Notes: generated by a model from the letters alone, not told the origin. Positions 9,827-17,996 are shown, counted from the stretch's first letter. The stretch: 64,000 nt of DNA from Chitinophagales bacterium (GCA_016787045.1 JAEUVA010000031.1:36634-100633), one strand, 5' to 3'. Numbers and translations: made by a program.

Positions 9827-10720
9827 ATGTCAGCCACTACTACTACAGCAAGCAAAAGTTTCTTATCGCAAAAGATAAGCGACTATGCTATGCTCACTAA
9901 GTTTCGGCTTAGTTTCTTAGTGGTGTTTTCGGCTGTGATTGGATTTTTGTTTGCCGATGGAGCAACGTTTAATTGGTTAGCTATTTACATGCTTACCCTT
10001 GGCGGAGCGTTGGTTACCGGGGCGTCTAATGCCATTAATCAAATTATAGAGCGCGATATTGATAAACTAATGAGCCGTACCCAAAACAGACCATTGGCTG
10101 CCGAGCGGATGAGTGTTTTGGAGGCCATACTTGCTGCTGGTGTTTTTGGAGTATCGGGTATTATTTTGCTCACTACTTACTTTAATCCTACAGCCGGTGT
10201 GTTGGCCGCTATTTCATTAATCAGTTATGCCTTTATCTATACTCCGCTAAAGCGAGTAAACGCCATAGCTGTATTTGTGGGAGCCATACCCGGGGCACTG
10301 CCGCCCATGATTGGTTACGTGTGTGCTACCGGTAAAATTGACTTTGTAGCAGTAATGCTTTTTAGTATTCAATTCGTATGGCAGTTTCCTCACTTTTGGA
10401 GCATTGCCTGGGTGCAGTATCAGGATTATTTGAAGGCCGGAATTATGCTGCTGCCAAGTGCCGGTGGCAAAAACAAAGCCAGCGCTATGCAAAACGTGGT
10501 TTATTGTGCTTTACTGATTGTGGTATCTATGGTGCCTTACATGCTGCAGCTGATTGGTTTTTGGTCTAACCTGGTTATTGTATTAGCCGGAGTGGTTTTT
10601 TTAGCCATGGCTTGGAAACATCTGGCTAAGTGTGAAGATAAAACAGCAAGAGCGCTGATGTTTGGATCGTTTTTGTATTTGCCCGTAGTGCAACTGGCTT
10701 TATTAATTGGAAAAATTTAA
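9827..10720 (+). CDS. cyoE: Protohaem IX farnesyltransferase (haem O synthase)
   Basis: UbiA-type polytopic protein with GASNAINQIIERDIDKLMSRTQNRPL (N-x3-D...D-x3-R prenyltransferase motif), sitting inside the oxidase operon. Confidence 0.9.
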   Translation: MSATTTTASKSFLSQKISDYAMLTKFRLSFLVVFSAVIGFLFADGATFNWLAIYMLTLGGALVTGASNAINQIIERDIDKLMSRTQNRPLAAERMSVLEAILAAGVFGVSGIILLTTYFNPTAGVLAAISLISYAFIYTPLKRVNAIAVFVGAIPGALPPMIGYVCATGKIDFVAVMLFSIQFVWQFPHFWSIAWVQYQDYLKAGIMLLPSAGGKNKASAMQNVVYCALLIVVSMVPYMLQLIGFWSNLVIVLAGVVFLAMAWKHLAKCEDKTARALMFGSFLYLPVVQLALLIGKI

Positions 10721-10723
10721 TTT

Positions 10724-11359
10724 TTGAACAAAGTGGACGCTTTGCTACCCGATAAAAAATTTTTGAAAGAAAGAACGGAATACACCGGTATTCATCCGCA
10801 AAAATTTGCATTGTGGCTGGGCATGGCTTCTATGGCTATGTTTTTTGCCGCCTTAACCAGCGCGCTATTGGTAAAGAAAGGCGATTTTAGAGTATGGGAG
10901 AGCTTTAGTTTGCCTACGGTGTTTGCTTTTAGCACTGCGGCCGTAGTTTCTGTAAGCGTGTTAATGTATCTATCGCTACGCAGCTACCGCAATGCACAAT
11001 TCAATACTTTTCGTTGGTTACTGCTGGCTTCTTTTGTAATGGGGCTGGTATTTTTGGTGCTACAATACATGGGCTGGCAAAAGTTAAACGAAATGGGTCT
11101 TCCCATTACCGGAAACATATCCGGGCAGTTTGTTTACGTGGTTTCTGCGGCACACGGCCTGCACATTGTAGCCGGTTTGGTTGTAACGCTTATCTTTTTG
11201 ATACAAGCTTTTCGCTCTCGCAGAGATCCTATTTTTGAATTACGAAACATTATTAACCCCAAACGCCAACTCAACATGGAAATGTTAGCCGCTTTTTGGC
11301 ATTTTATAGATGGCGTGTGGGTGTATCTGTACATTTTCTTATTACTCAACTACCAATAA
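10724..11359 (+). CDS. Cytochrome c oxidase subunit III family protein (first of two)
   Basis: Multi-TM protein with cox3-like motifs AHGLHIVAG and FWHFIDGVWVYLYIF. It has a TTG start 3 nt after the cyoE stop; the start codon is uncertain (GTG at 10733 is an alternative). Confidence 0.65.
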   Translation: MNKVDALLPDKKFLKERTEYTGIHPQKFALWLGMASMAMFFAALTSALLVKKGDFRVWESFSLPTVFAFSTAAVVSVSVLMYLSLRSYRNAQFNTFRWLLLASFVMGLVFLVLQYMGWQKLNEMGLPITGNISGQFVYVVSAAHGLHIVAGLVVTLIFLIQAFRSRRDPIFELRNIINPKRQLNMEMLAAFWHFIDGVWVYLYIFLLLNYQ

Positions 11360-11388
11360 ATCAATCAGCAAAACAACCCTATACTATC

Positions 11389-12081
11389 ATGGCAGACGCT
11401 ACTTTACATCACGGACATGGCGATACCGGCTCGGTAAAAGAACTTTGGAATGGCGGCAAGTCGCCTTTTCGGCTCGGATACGGAAAGGTAATGATGTGGT
11501 ACTTCCTCATTTCCGATACCTTTACTTTTGCCTCTTTTTTGATTGCTTATGCGGCCTTGCGGTTTGCGCAAGCCGATAACTGGCCAAATCCGGCAGAGGT
11601 GTTTTCTTCTATTCCGTTAGATATTTTTCATGGCGTAAGCGCCCCATTGGTGTTTGTTTCGTTTATGACCTTTTTGCTCATTCTTAGTTCATGGACTATG
11701 GTGCGTGCTGTGCAAGAGGGCTACCGCATGAATAAAGACGGAGTGGTAAAATACCTGATACCTACCATTATCTGCGGCATACTTTTCATTTTTTGCCAAT
11801 ACCTTGAGTGGACTCACTTGATACACGATGGCATGACACCTACTACTGCTACTGCCACTACCAAGATTACCAATTTTGGTCAGTTGTTTTTTGTGATTAC
11901 CGGATTTCACGGTATGCACGTATTGGGTGGTGTAGTATTGAACATTTGGTTGGCGGTATCTGCTGCCAACGGTCGTTTTGATAAAGTAGGCCACTACGAA
12001 ATGGTAGAAAAAATTGGGCTCTACTGGCACTTTGTAGATTTAGTATGGGTGTATGTATTCCTTTGTTTCTACCTGCTGTAA
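11389..12081 (+). CDS. Cytochrome c oxidase subunit III
   Basis: Motifs FHGMHVLGG and YWHFVDLVWVYVF. I moved the start to the ATG at 11389 (MADATLHHGHGD). The ORF-track start at 11296 would overlap the preceding gene by 64 nt. Confidence 0.8.
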   Translation: MADATLHHGHGDTGSVKELWNGGKSPFRLGYGKVMMWYFLISDTFTFASFLIAYAALRFAQADNWPNPAEVFSSIPLDIFHGVSAPLVFVSFMTFLLILSSWTMVRAVQEGYRMNKDGVVKYLIPTIICGILFIFCQYLEWTHLIHDGMTPTTATATTKITNFGQLFFVITGFHGMHVLGGVVLNIWLAVSAANGRFDKVGHYEMVEKIGLYWHFVDLVWVYVFLCFYLL

Positions 12082-12131
12082 TATTTTTAGCCGACCATTA
12101 ACCATTAACTAATAACCAATAACTATTTGAT

Positions 12132-12506
12132 ATGAACTTTGAAGTACCATCAGAAGCCCACTTACACTGGAACGAAAACGAGTATAACGAGGGTAAAAAA
12201 TCGGTAATGAAAACCATTATCATCCTTAGCATTGTAACTGTAATAGAGGTGGGTGCTGCTATGGTGTATGATAAAATTTACCCTACAGGCGGAGGTCCCA
12301 AATTGTGGCTAAACCTGTTTATGGCGGTAATGAGTGTAGTGAAGGTGGTGTACATTATGGGCATATTTATGCACGTGAACCACGAAACCGGTTGGTTTAA
12401 ACGCACTATTCTATTGCCGTTTTTGTTTTTGATATGGGCCATTATTGCCTTTGCGGTAGAAGGCGGCAGCTGGCACGCTATGCGCGATTTGTTGAATGTA
12501 TTTTAA
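12132..12506 (+). CDS. Small 3-TM oxidase subunit (prokaryotic cytochrome c oxidase subunit IV family)
   Basis: 124 aa with three hydrophobic helices. It is the last gene of the oxidase block and is followed by a terminator. Confidence 0.6.
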   Translation: MNFEVPSEAHLHWNENEYNEGKKSVMKTIIILSIVTVIEVGAAMVYDKIYPTGGGPKLWLNLFMAVMSVVKVVYIMGIFMHVNHETGWFKRTILLPFLFLIWAIIAFAVEGGSWHAMRDLLNVF

Positions 12507-12528
12507 GCATTGTTTAATTAGATATTCA

Positions 12529-12563
12529 CGGCATGTGGGGAGTTTCCCGACATGCCGTTTTTT
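12529..12563 (+). terminator. Rho-independent terminator closing the ACIII/oxidase block
   Basis: Stem CGGCATGTGGGG / CCCGACATGCCG (8 bp + 1 mismatch + 3 bp), loop AGTTT, followed by TTTTTT at 12558-12563. Confidence 0.6.
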
Positions 12564-12596
12564 ATTGTTTGTACTGTTGCTTTTCAAATAAATGTT

Positions 12597-12956
12597 ATGA
12601 GTGAAATAAAGAAAACATCGGAGATAAGGTTTAAAGTAGGGTTAGATGAGCGCAATGTGCCTTTAGACATTAAGTGGAGCGCTACCGACTCAAAAAACAA
12701 CGAGCTGCGCGATTGTAAGTGCATTATGATTTCTATTTGGGATGTGGCGCAGAAACAAACGCTCAAAATAGATTTGTGGACCAACAACATTACAACCGAT
12801 GAAATGCACTCGCATTTTTTTCAAACGCTGCTGAGTGTAACAGAGTCTTATGTAAAGGCAACGGGCAATCCGGTGGCTATGGAAGAGGTAAAGAACTTTG
12901 CTTCTTTGCTGGCGCGCAAAACAGCCGAGTGGGAAGATAGCTTGAAGAAAGGGTAG
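12597..12956 (+). CDS. gldC: Gliding motility-associated protein GldC
   Basis: About 119 aa. The block RFKVGLDERNVPLDIKWSATDS...IMISIWDVAQKQTLKIDLWTNNITTDEMHSHFFQTLLSV matches my memory of Flavobacterium GldC. The start was moved to ATG 12597 because the track start at 12552 lies inside the terminator hairpin. Confidence 0.7.
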   Translation: MSEIKKTSEIRFKVGLDERNVPLDIKWSATDSKNNELRDCKCIMISIWDVAQKQTLKIDLWTNNITTDEMHSHFFQTLLSVTESYVKATGNPVAMEEVKNFASLLARKTAEWEDSLKKG

Positions 12957-13113
12957 TGTTTGGCAGATGTTGCACTTACAGCGTTTATGCCGTTAAGTGC
13001 TTGCTATCCATTACCTGTAAGCCGATTGTTACTAAACCCCAAAATCCGTTTTTTAAAACTATTCGTATGTAAATAACGTTTTGCATACCTACACCATCGC
13101 TGCTACGCTGTCT

Positions 13114-13599
13114 ATGACCCGTCACATCCTCCCAGTATTTTCTTTTTTGGTTCTCTTTCAAATCGTTTCTGCTCAAGATAAAATATGCCGCACATGGTAC
13201 ACCGATGGCGGCACATCTGCGGTGCAAATTTATGCCTCAGCCGATGGAAAGTACTATGGAAAAATTGTTTGGCTGCGCGATGGTATAGTAAACGGCAAAC
13301 CACTGCTTGACGCTCAAAACCCCGATGTCACCAAACGCAGCAACCCATGGCTGGGTATGCAAATCATTACGGGGCTTACCAAAAAAACCAATACCGAATA
13401 CGTGAGCGGAAAAATTTACGACCCTACCAAGGGCAACTATTACCACTGCAAAATGACGGTAGTAGGAGAAAATAAGTTAGAACTTAGGGGATACATTCTT
13501 GGCATACCGTTTTTAGGCAGAACCACCACCTGGACTTTAAAAGAAGACCCTGCTCCGGCCACCAAGAGCGCAGCAACACCATCTACAGAGGTGAATTAA
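13114..13599 (+). CDS. Secreted DUF2147 domain protein
   Basis: Signal peptide MTRHILPVFSFLVLFQIVSAQ. The GKIVWL...GMQIITGL...GKIYDPTKGNYYHCKMTVVGENKLELRGY pattern is typical of DUF2147. The start was moved to ATG 13114. Confidence 0.7.
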   Translation: MTRHILPVFSFLVLFQIVSAQDKICRTWYTDGGTSAVQIYASADGKYYGKIVWLRDGIVNGKPLLDAQNPDVTKRSNPWLGMQIITGLTKKTNTEYVSGKIYDPTKGNYYHCKMTVVGENKLELRGYILGIPFLGRTTTWTLKEDPAPATKSAATPSTEVN

Positions 13600-13622
13600 T
13601 AAACAGCTAAACCCCACACAGT

Positions 13623-14780
13623 ATGCTCTTGAACTTGCTTTTGATTATAGTTGCTGTTGTAGTTTTGTTTTTGGCAGTGATATACGTGCTCATGTTTGTA
13701 ATTGAGCGCAAGCGCAAGGTGCTTACGTTTGATGAGGAGTATGAAAAAGAGCGGGGCAAAAATTATCCGCCCCCGTACCCCAATGGCTGGTTTAGTTTGG
13801 GTAGTGCAGATATGGTGAAAAAAGGTGAAGTAGTAGAGGTTACTGCCTTTGGTCAAAAACTGGCGGTGTTTAGAGGCCAAAACGGTATAGTAGGGGTGCT
13901 GGATGTGTACTGCCCGCACCTGAATGCCAACCTGGCCGGTGGCTGTGTAAAGGGGAACCATTTGGTGTGCCCGTTTCATGCCTGGGAGTTTAGTGCCGAT
14001 GGTAAGTGTGCACATATTCCTTATACCGATAAAGTGCCGGTGCAGGCAGTTACCAAATCGTGGTTAGTGAAAGAAAACTGGGGTTTGATATTGGTTTGGT
14101 ACCATGCCCAAAACGAGCCACCATCGTGGAGTACCGAGGGCTATATACAAGAACTGAGCGAGTACAAGTATCATTCAAAATCATCAGATATACTGCGCAT
14201 TCACCTGCAAGATTTTGCGGAGAATGGTGCCGACTTTGCGCACTTTCACTACGTACACAATTTACTTACCGTGCCCGTGGCCAATAAATTTGTAGATGTG
14301 AAACACACCGTGAGCATAGTGTTTGGCGAGGGAGAAGAAGGCCACACGGCATCGTTTACCGACCAGGCAGATTTGGTTTGGAAAAAAAGCAGAAAAGAAA
14401 TACCCCATGCCGGTGGCAATGCCGTGGTTACGTTTTATGGCCCCGGATTTTTGGTGTTTAGGTTCACTACCAAAATTGGTCAAATGCTTTTGATAAAAAC
14501 ATTTACCCCCATGGGCCACCTTAAAGTTAAAATGGAAGACTACGTGTACGCCCCTAAGTGGACATTCCCATTATCCATAAAATATTTACTGGGCGAGGCA
14601 GCCGCCCAGTTTCATGATGATATGGCCATTTGGGAGCGCAAAAACTACGCCCTTAAACCACTATTGGTAAAGGGCGATGGCCCCATTATGCAAATGCGGA
14701 AATGGTACAGTCAATTCTATAGTTCTGCAAAACCGGTAGTGAGCGTGGCCGAAACAACTGCCGCAGAAATCAACAATTAA
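13623..14780 (+). CDS. Membrane-anchored Rieske [2Fe-2S] non-haem iron oxygenase, Neverland/DAF-36/KshA-like
   Basis: N-terminal TM helix, Rieske motif CPH...CPFH (CPHLNANLAGGCVKGNHLVCPFHAWEF), and mononuclear Fe motif ENGADFAHFHYVH (E-x3-D-x2-H-x4-H). Confidence 0.8.
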   Translation: MLLNLLLIIVAVVVLFLAVIYVLMFVIERKRKVLTFDEEYEKERGKNYPPPYPNGWFSLGSADMVKKGEVVEVTAFGQKLAVFRGQNGIVGVLDVYCPHLNANLAGGCVKGNHLVCPFHAWEFSADGKCAHIPYTDKVPVQAVTKSWLVKENWGLILVWYHAQNEPPSWSTEGYIQELSEYKYHSKSSDILRIHLQDFAENGADFAHFHYVHNLLTVPVANKFVDVKHTVSIVFGEGEEGHTASFTDQADLVWKKSRKEIPHAGGNAVVTFYGPGFLVFRFTTKIGQMLLIKTFTPMGHLKVKMEDYVYAPKWTFPLSIKYLLGEAAAQFHDDMAIWERKNYALKPLLVKGDGPIMQMRKWYSQFYSSAKPVVSVAETTAAEINN

Positions 14781-14820
14781 AGCCGGCTAAAAAAAAACAA
14801 CTAAAACCACGCACAGCAAG

Positions 14821-15030
14821 TTTTGCAGGTACGCCCGAAATGCGTTTCGCCCACACCGGAACTTTTGCAGATGCGCCCGAAATGTGTTTCGCCCACACCG
14901 GAACTTTTGCAGATGCGCCCGAAATGCGTTTCGCCCACACCGGAACTTTTGCAGGTGCGCCCGAAATGCGTTTCGCCCGCACCGGAAGTTTTGCAGGTGC
15001 CCCCGAAATGCGTTTCAAGTTTTTTCTGCA
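14821..15030. repeat. Tandem direct repeat array, 42-bp unit, 4 full copies plus 1 truncated copy and a degenerate tail
   Basis: Copies lie at 14821-14862, 14863-14904, 14905-14946 and 14947-14988, with a partial copy at 14989-15016. The unit is TTTTGCAGRTRCGCCCGAAATGYGTTTCGCCCRCACCGGAAS, with 1-3 substitutions between copies. Confidence 0.95.
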
Positions 15031-15109
15031 TTGAACACACAAAAAATCGTTTGTTCATAACGGGTGTGTTTTCGCAAACCCCATTATTTTCGCCCGCCAA
15101 AACCAAGCC

Positions 15110-16333
15110 ATGAGTTTACCTACTATAGAGCAAATTAACTTTGCCGGCAAGCGTGCCATTATCCGTGTAGATTTTAACGTGCCTTTAGATAAAAAAACAT
15201 TAGCCGTAACCGATGATACCCGCCTGCGTGGCGCGCTGCCCACTATCCAAAAAATTTTGAAAGATGGCGGTAGTGTGGTACTCATGAGCCACCTGGGCCG
15301 CCCACTCAAAAAACTGAAAGAGGATGGCACAGTGGACTACGAAAAACACACACTAATAAATGTGCTATCTGCTCTCAATGGCTTATTGGGTATTGAAGTG
15401 AAGTTTGCCACCGATTGCGTGAGTGAGGAAGCGTTTGGGTTATCGGCCAACCTGCAAAATGGTGAGGTATTGCTGTTAGAAAACCTTCGTTTTTACAAAG
15501 AAGAAGAAAAAGGCGATACCGGCTTTGCCGAAAAACTGAGCAAGCATGGCCATGTGTATGTAAACGATGCTTTTGGTACCGCGCACCGCGCACATGCTTC
15601 TACTACTATTATAGCCAACTACTTTGAGCCCGGCCAAAAAGTGTTTGGCTACCTGATGAAAGCCGAAGTAGAAAACGCACAAAAAGTATTGACCAAAGCA
15701 GAGCGGCCACTCACTGCCATATTGGGTGGTGCAAAAGTGAGCGATAAAATTTTGATTATAGAAAACCTGCTCCATGTAGCCAACTACATCATTATAGGTG
15801 GTGGCATGGCTTATACCTTTTTTAAGGCGCAAGGTGGGGTTATTGGCAGTTCGCTTTGCGAAGACGATAAACTGGATTTAGCCAAAGAGTTACTGGCACG
15901 CGCTGCAGCCAAAGGGGTTAAGATATTGCTGCCTATAGATTCGGTAATAGCCGATAAGTTTGCCAACGATGCCACCATTACCACCTCAGAGAGCAACGGC
16001 ATACCACAGGGCTGGATGGGCTTAGACATAGCACCTAAAGCCATTTATGATTTTACAGAAGTGATACTGGCATCTAAAACCATACTTTGGAATGGCCCCA
16101 TGGGCGTGTTTGAAATGCCCAACTTTCAGCAAGGCACCAAAGCCATTGCACAGGCGGTGGCTAAGGCCACAGCCAATGGAGCATTTAGCTTAGTAGGTGG
16201 TGGCGATTCTGTAGCCGCAGTTAATCAGTTTGGTTTGGCCGCTCAAGTGAGCTACGTATCTACCGGTGGCGGTGCTATGTTAGAGTATTTTGAAGGCAAA
16301 GAATTACCGGGCATTAAAGCCATTGTGGGTTAA
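15110..16333 (+). CDS. pgk: Phosphoglycerate kinase
   Basis: N-terminal [17 protein letters not shown] and MSHLGRP, plus C-terminal GGGDSVAAV and [18 protein letters not shown]. Confidence 0.97.
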   Translation: MSLPTIEQINFAGKRAIIRVDFNVPLDKKTLAVTDDTRLRGALPTIQKILKDGGSVVLMSHLGRPLKKLKEDGTVDYEKHTLINVLSALNGLLGIEVKFATDCVSEEAFGLSANLQNGEVLLLENLRFYKEEEKGDTGFAEKLSKHGHVYVNDAFGTAHRAHASTTIIANYFEPGQKVFGYLMKAEVENAQKVLTKAERPLTAILGGAKVSDKILIIENLLHVANYIIIGGGMAYTFFKAQGGVIGSSLCEDDKLDLAKELLARAAAKGVKILLPIDSVIADKFANDATITTSESNGIPQGWMGLDIAPKAIYDFTEVILASKTILWNGPMGVFEMPNFQQGTKAIAQAVAKATANGAFSLVGGGDSVAAVNQFGLAAQVSYVSTGGGAMLEYFEGKELPGIKAIVG

Positions 16334-16872
16334 TACTTTTCTTCTTCAATTTTGGTTTTCAGCTTTTCCAGATAAGCCGTTTTGTAGGTGTCTTTCTTGT
16401 CTTTTGCTTTGCTGATTTCTACGTTAAGCAAGCCCATGTACTTTTGGCGAAGCGGCCGCCCTTCTACTATCATATTCATACACACTATTAACTCTTTTTC
16501 CAGAGAGTAGTACTTCCCCCTCGCCATGTATAGGTCATTTAAAAAAGAACCAAAGCTGTTTTGCGCAATAACCAAAACAGCATCGGGGTATAAGCCGCTC
16601 ACCAAATCTCCACCCACCGCACGGATGTTGAGCAGGGCATCTAAGTACTTTTTGTTTTTTGTTTCATTATACAACTTAGCTACGTTAGTCAGCAGTTGCT
16701 GCCGGCAGTCCATAGTATCGTTAAATACCTTTTTTACATTTTGCTGGATAAAGGCCAAATGCTTATCGGTACTATCCATCAAAAAGCAAGGATGGTACGT
16801 AGCGGTTTGTGCAGCAACACTTACCGTAACCCACACTAAGGTTATTCCTAAAAATATTGCTTTTGCTCGCAT
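16330..16872 (-). CDS. Hypothetical secreted protein
   Basis: Signal peptide [23 protein letters not shown] recognise no family. The start was moved to the ATG at 16872, which lies downstream of the hairpin at 16887-16911. Confidence 0.5.
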   Translation of the reverse strand: MRAKAIFLGITLVWVTVSVAAQTATYHPCFLMDSTDKHLAFIQQNVKKVFNDTMDCRQQLLTNVAKLYNETKNKKYLDALLNIRAVGGDLVSGLYPDAVLVIAQNSFGSFLNDLYMARGKYYSLEKELIVCMNMIVEGRPLRQKYMGLLNVEISKAKDKKDTYKTAYLEKLKTKIEEEKY

Positions 16873-16886
16873 GGTATTCAAATAAA

Positions 16887-16911
16887 GAAGGGTTGCTGTA
16901 GGCAACCCTTC
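16887..16911 (-). terminator. Hairpin (candidate terminator or attenuator) between the DUF4476 gene and the next gene
   Basis: Perfect 10-bp stem GAAGGGTTGC / GCAACCCTTC with a 5-nt loop. On the minus strand it is followed by the T-rich CTTTATTTG. Confidence 0.5.
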
Positions 16912-16926
16912 TGTGGTAGTGTTGTT

Positions 16927-17892
16927 TTATCGTGCTCTGCCAGATACGTAGTCGCTTAAATCTTCGCTGCTTGAGCTAAAACTGAATACATTATTTAGTT
17001 TGAAATAGTTGTTGGGCTCTGTGCAGTAGTCATACGCAAATTTGGCAAAGCTGAGTTTGGTTTCTTCAAACCCAAATACATTGCATATCTCTGCAATTTG
17101 CGAGGTGTTGAGGCAATTGCTCTGTGCAATTTGTTTGGCCGTTTTGAGGCGGGTTTCATCAAATCCCTGATTTTTAACGGTGGCTAAAGCACTGCTAAAG
17201 TTACCGCTGCTCATGGCGTATGCATTGGTGCAACCTACCGGAGCAGGGGTGGGAACCGGGCGGGTGGTACCACCGTTAGTAGTGGTAGTAGTGGTGGTGT
17301 GTGTGGTAGTTACGTTAGTGTTGAGCAGTGGGTCGGTAATGGTTACACCCATGTTTACACCACCTATGTTTACGTTAGCGCCAACGGTATTGCCGGTGCC
17401 TGTGGTAGTAGTGGTAGTGGTGGTTTGGGTTACGTTGCCGCGTACCGGCTCGGTAACTACTACAGTGGTTTGTTGCGGAGGTACAGGTGCACCCCAGTGT
17501 ACTACGTGTGTGTTGGCCGGTGCAATAAACCCCTGGCGTACCGGTACTGCCGAAAACGGAAGGGTGCCAATTTTAGGTTTGCCGGTGTTTTTGTCGCGCT
17601 TTACTTTGTAGGTTACATCCATCAACTGTCCATCGGCATCAGAGATAAAAAGGTTCTTGGTGATTTCTCCAAGTGACTGGTCTTCAAAAATAATTTTGGC
17701 GCTGTATTGTGGTTGGTTGAGGTCTTCTACCCGGATGTTGGTTTGGCCGGCATTGTTTTGGCGCTCGCCATTAAGCACTAAAAAGAATTTGTCGCCATCT
17801 TCCGAAAACACTGTAAGGTGGCCAATAGGTTGAGCAATGGCTGTGGCTACAAATAGCGAGAGCAATAGACTGAGTAAACTTGTTTTTTGCAT
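16927..17892 (-). CDS. Secreted DUF4476 domain protein with two poly-threonine linkers
   Basis: Signal peptide MQKTSLLSLLLSLFVATAIAQP. The C-terminal FDETRLKTAKQIAQSNCLNTSQIAEICNVFGFEETKLSFAKFAYDYC...NVFSFSSSSEDLSDYV resembles DUF4476. Thr runs are TTTTTTTT and TTTHTTTTTTT. Confidence 0.65.
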   Translation of the reverse strand: MQKTSLLSLLLSLFVATAIAQPIGHLTVFSEDGDKFFLVLNGERQNNAGQTNIRVEDLNQPQYSAKIIFEDQSLGEITKNLFISDADGQLMDVTYKVKRDKNTGKPKIGTLPFSAVPVRQGFIAPANTHVVHWGAPVPPQQTTVVVTEPVRGNVTQTTTTTTTTGTGNTVGANVNIGGVNMGVTITDPLLNTNVTTTHTTTTTTTNGGTTRPVPTPAPVGCTNAYAMSSGNFSSALATVKNQGFDETRLKTAKQIAQSNCLNTSQIAEICNVFGFEETKLSFAKFAYDYCTEPNNYFKLNNVFSFSSSSEDLSDYVSGRAR

Positions 17893-17996
17893 GGTATTTT
17901 GTTTTAGTAATGCCTGTTTTTCAATGGGCGTGCCAAAGTTGCAATAAAATTGCACATCGTAAAAATTTGACAGATTTTAAGAGGTGGTTTGTTAAC

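Noticed and set aside
12957-13113. 157-nt gap between gldC and the DUF2147 gene, and the 104-nt gap at 17893-17996, examined for a small RNA, tRNA or riboswitch.
   Set aside because: There is no tRNA-like T-arm or anticodon structure, no convincing conserved-looking stem set, and no exact promoter consensus. Nothing is supportable by eye.
14821-15030. Possible CRISPR array.
   Set aside because: The repeats are directly abutting with no unique spacers. The 42-bp period equals the repeat length, and there are no cas genes in the window.
14770-15113. Five overlapping ORFs (64-101 aa) on both strands across the Rieske-pgk gap.
   Set aside because: They exist only because the 42-bp unit (14 codons) has no stop in any frame. 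Most have non-ATG starts, all overlap one another, and their peptides are repetitive. I treat them as repeat artefacts. The one frame with an ATGA junction to pgk is listed as a low-interest finding.
16330-16333. Convergent genes sharing their stop codons (pgk TAA 16331-16333, minus-strand TAA 16330-16332). A similar 26-nt convergent overlap occurs at 27674-27699 (protease / lptF/G-family gene).
   Set aside because: This reflects the compact genome and is common. No terminator can fit, but nothing indicates a specific regulatory mechanism. It is noted for completeness.
17270-17440. Poly-Thr codon runs as slipped-strand phase-variation tracts.
   Set aside because: The ACC/ACT/ACA codons are mixed and interrupted, so there is no long perfect microsatellite. 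Slippage in units of 3 would also keep the frame.
17180-17611. 143-aa plus-strand ORF with poly-Val runs.
   Set aside because: It is the mirror image of the poly-Thr (ACC/ACT) codon runs of the DUF4476 gene on the minus strand.
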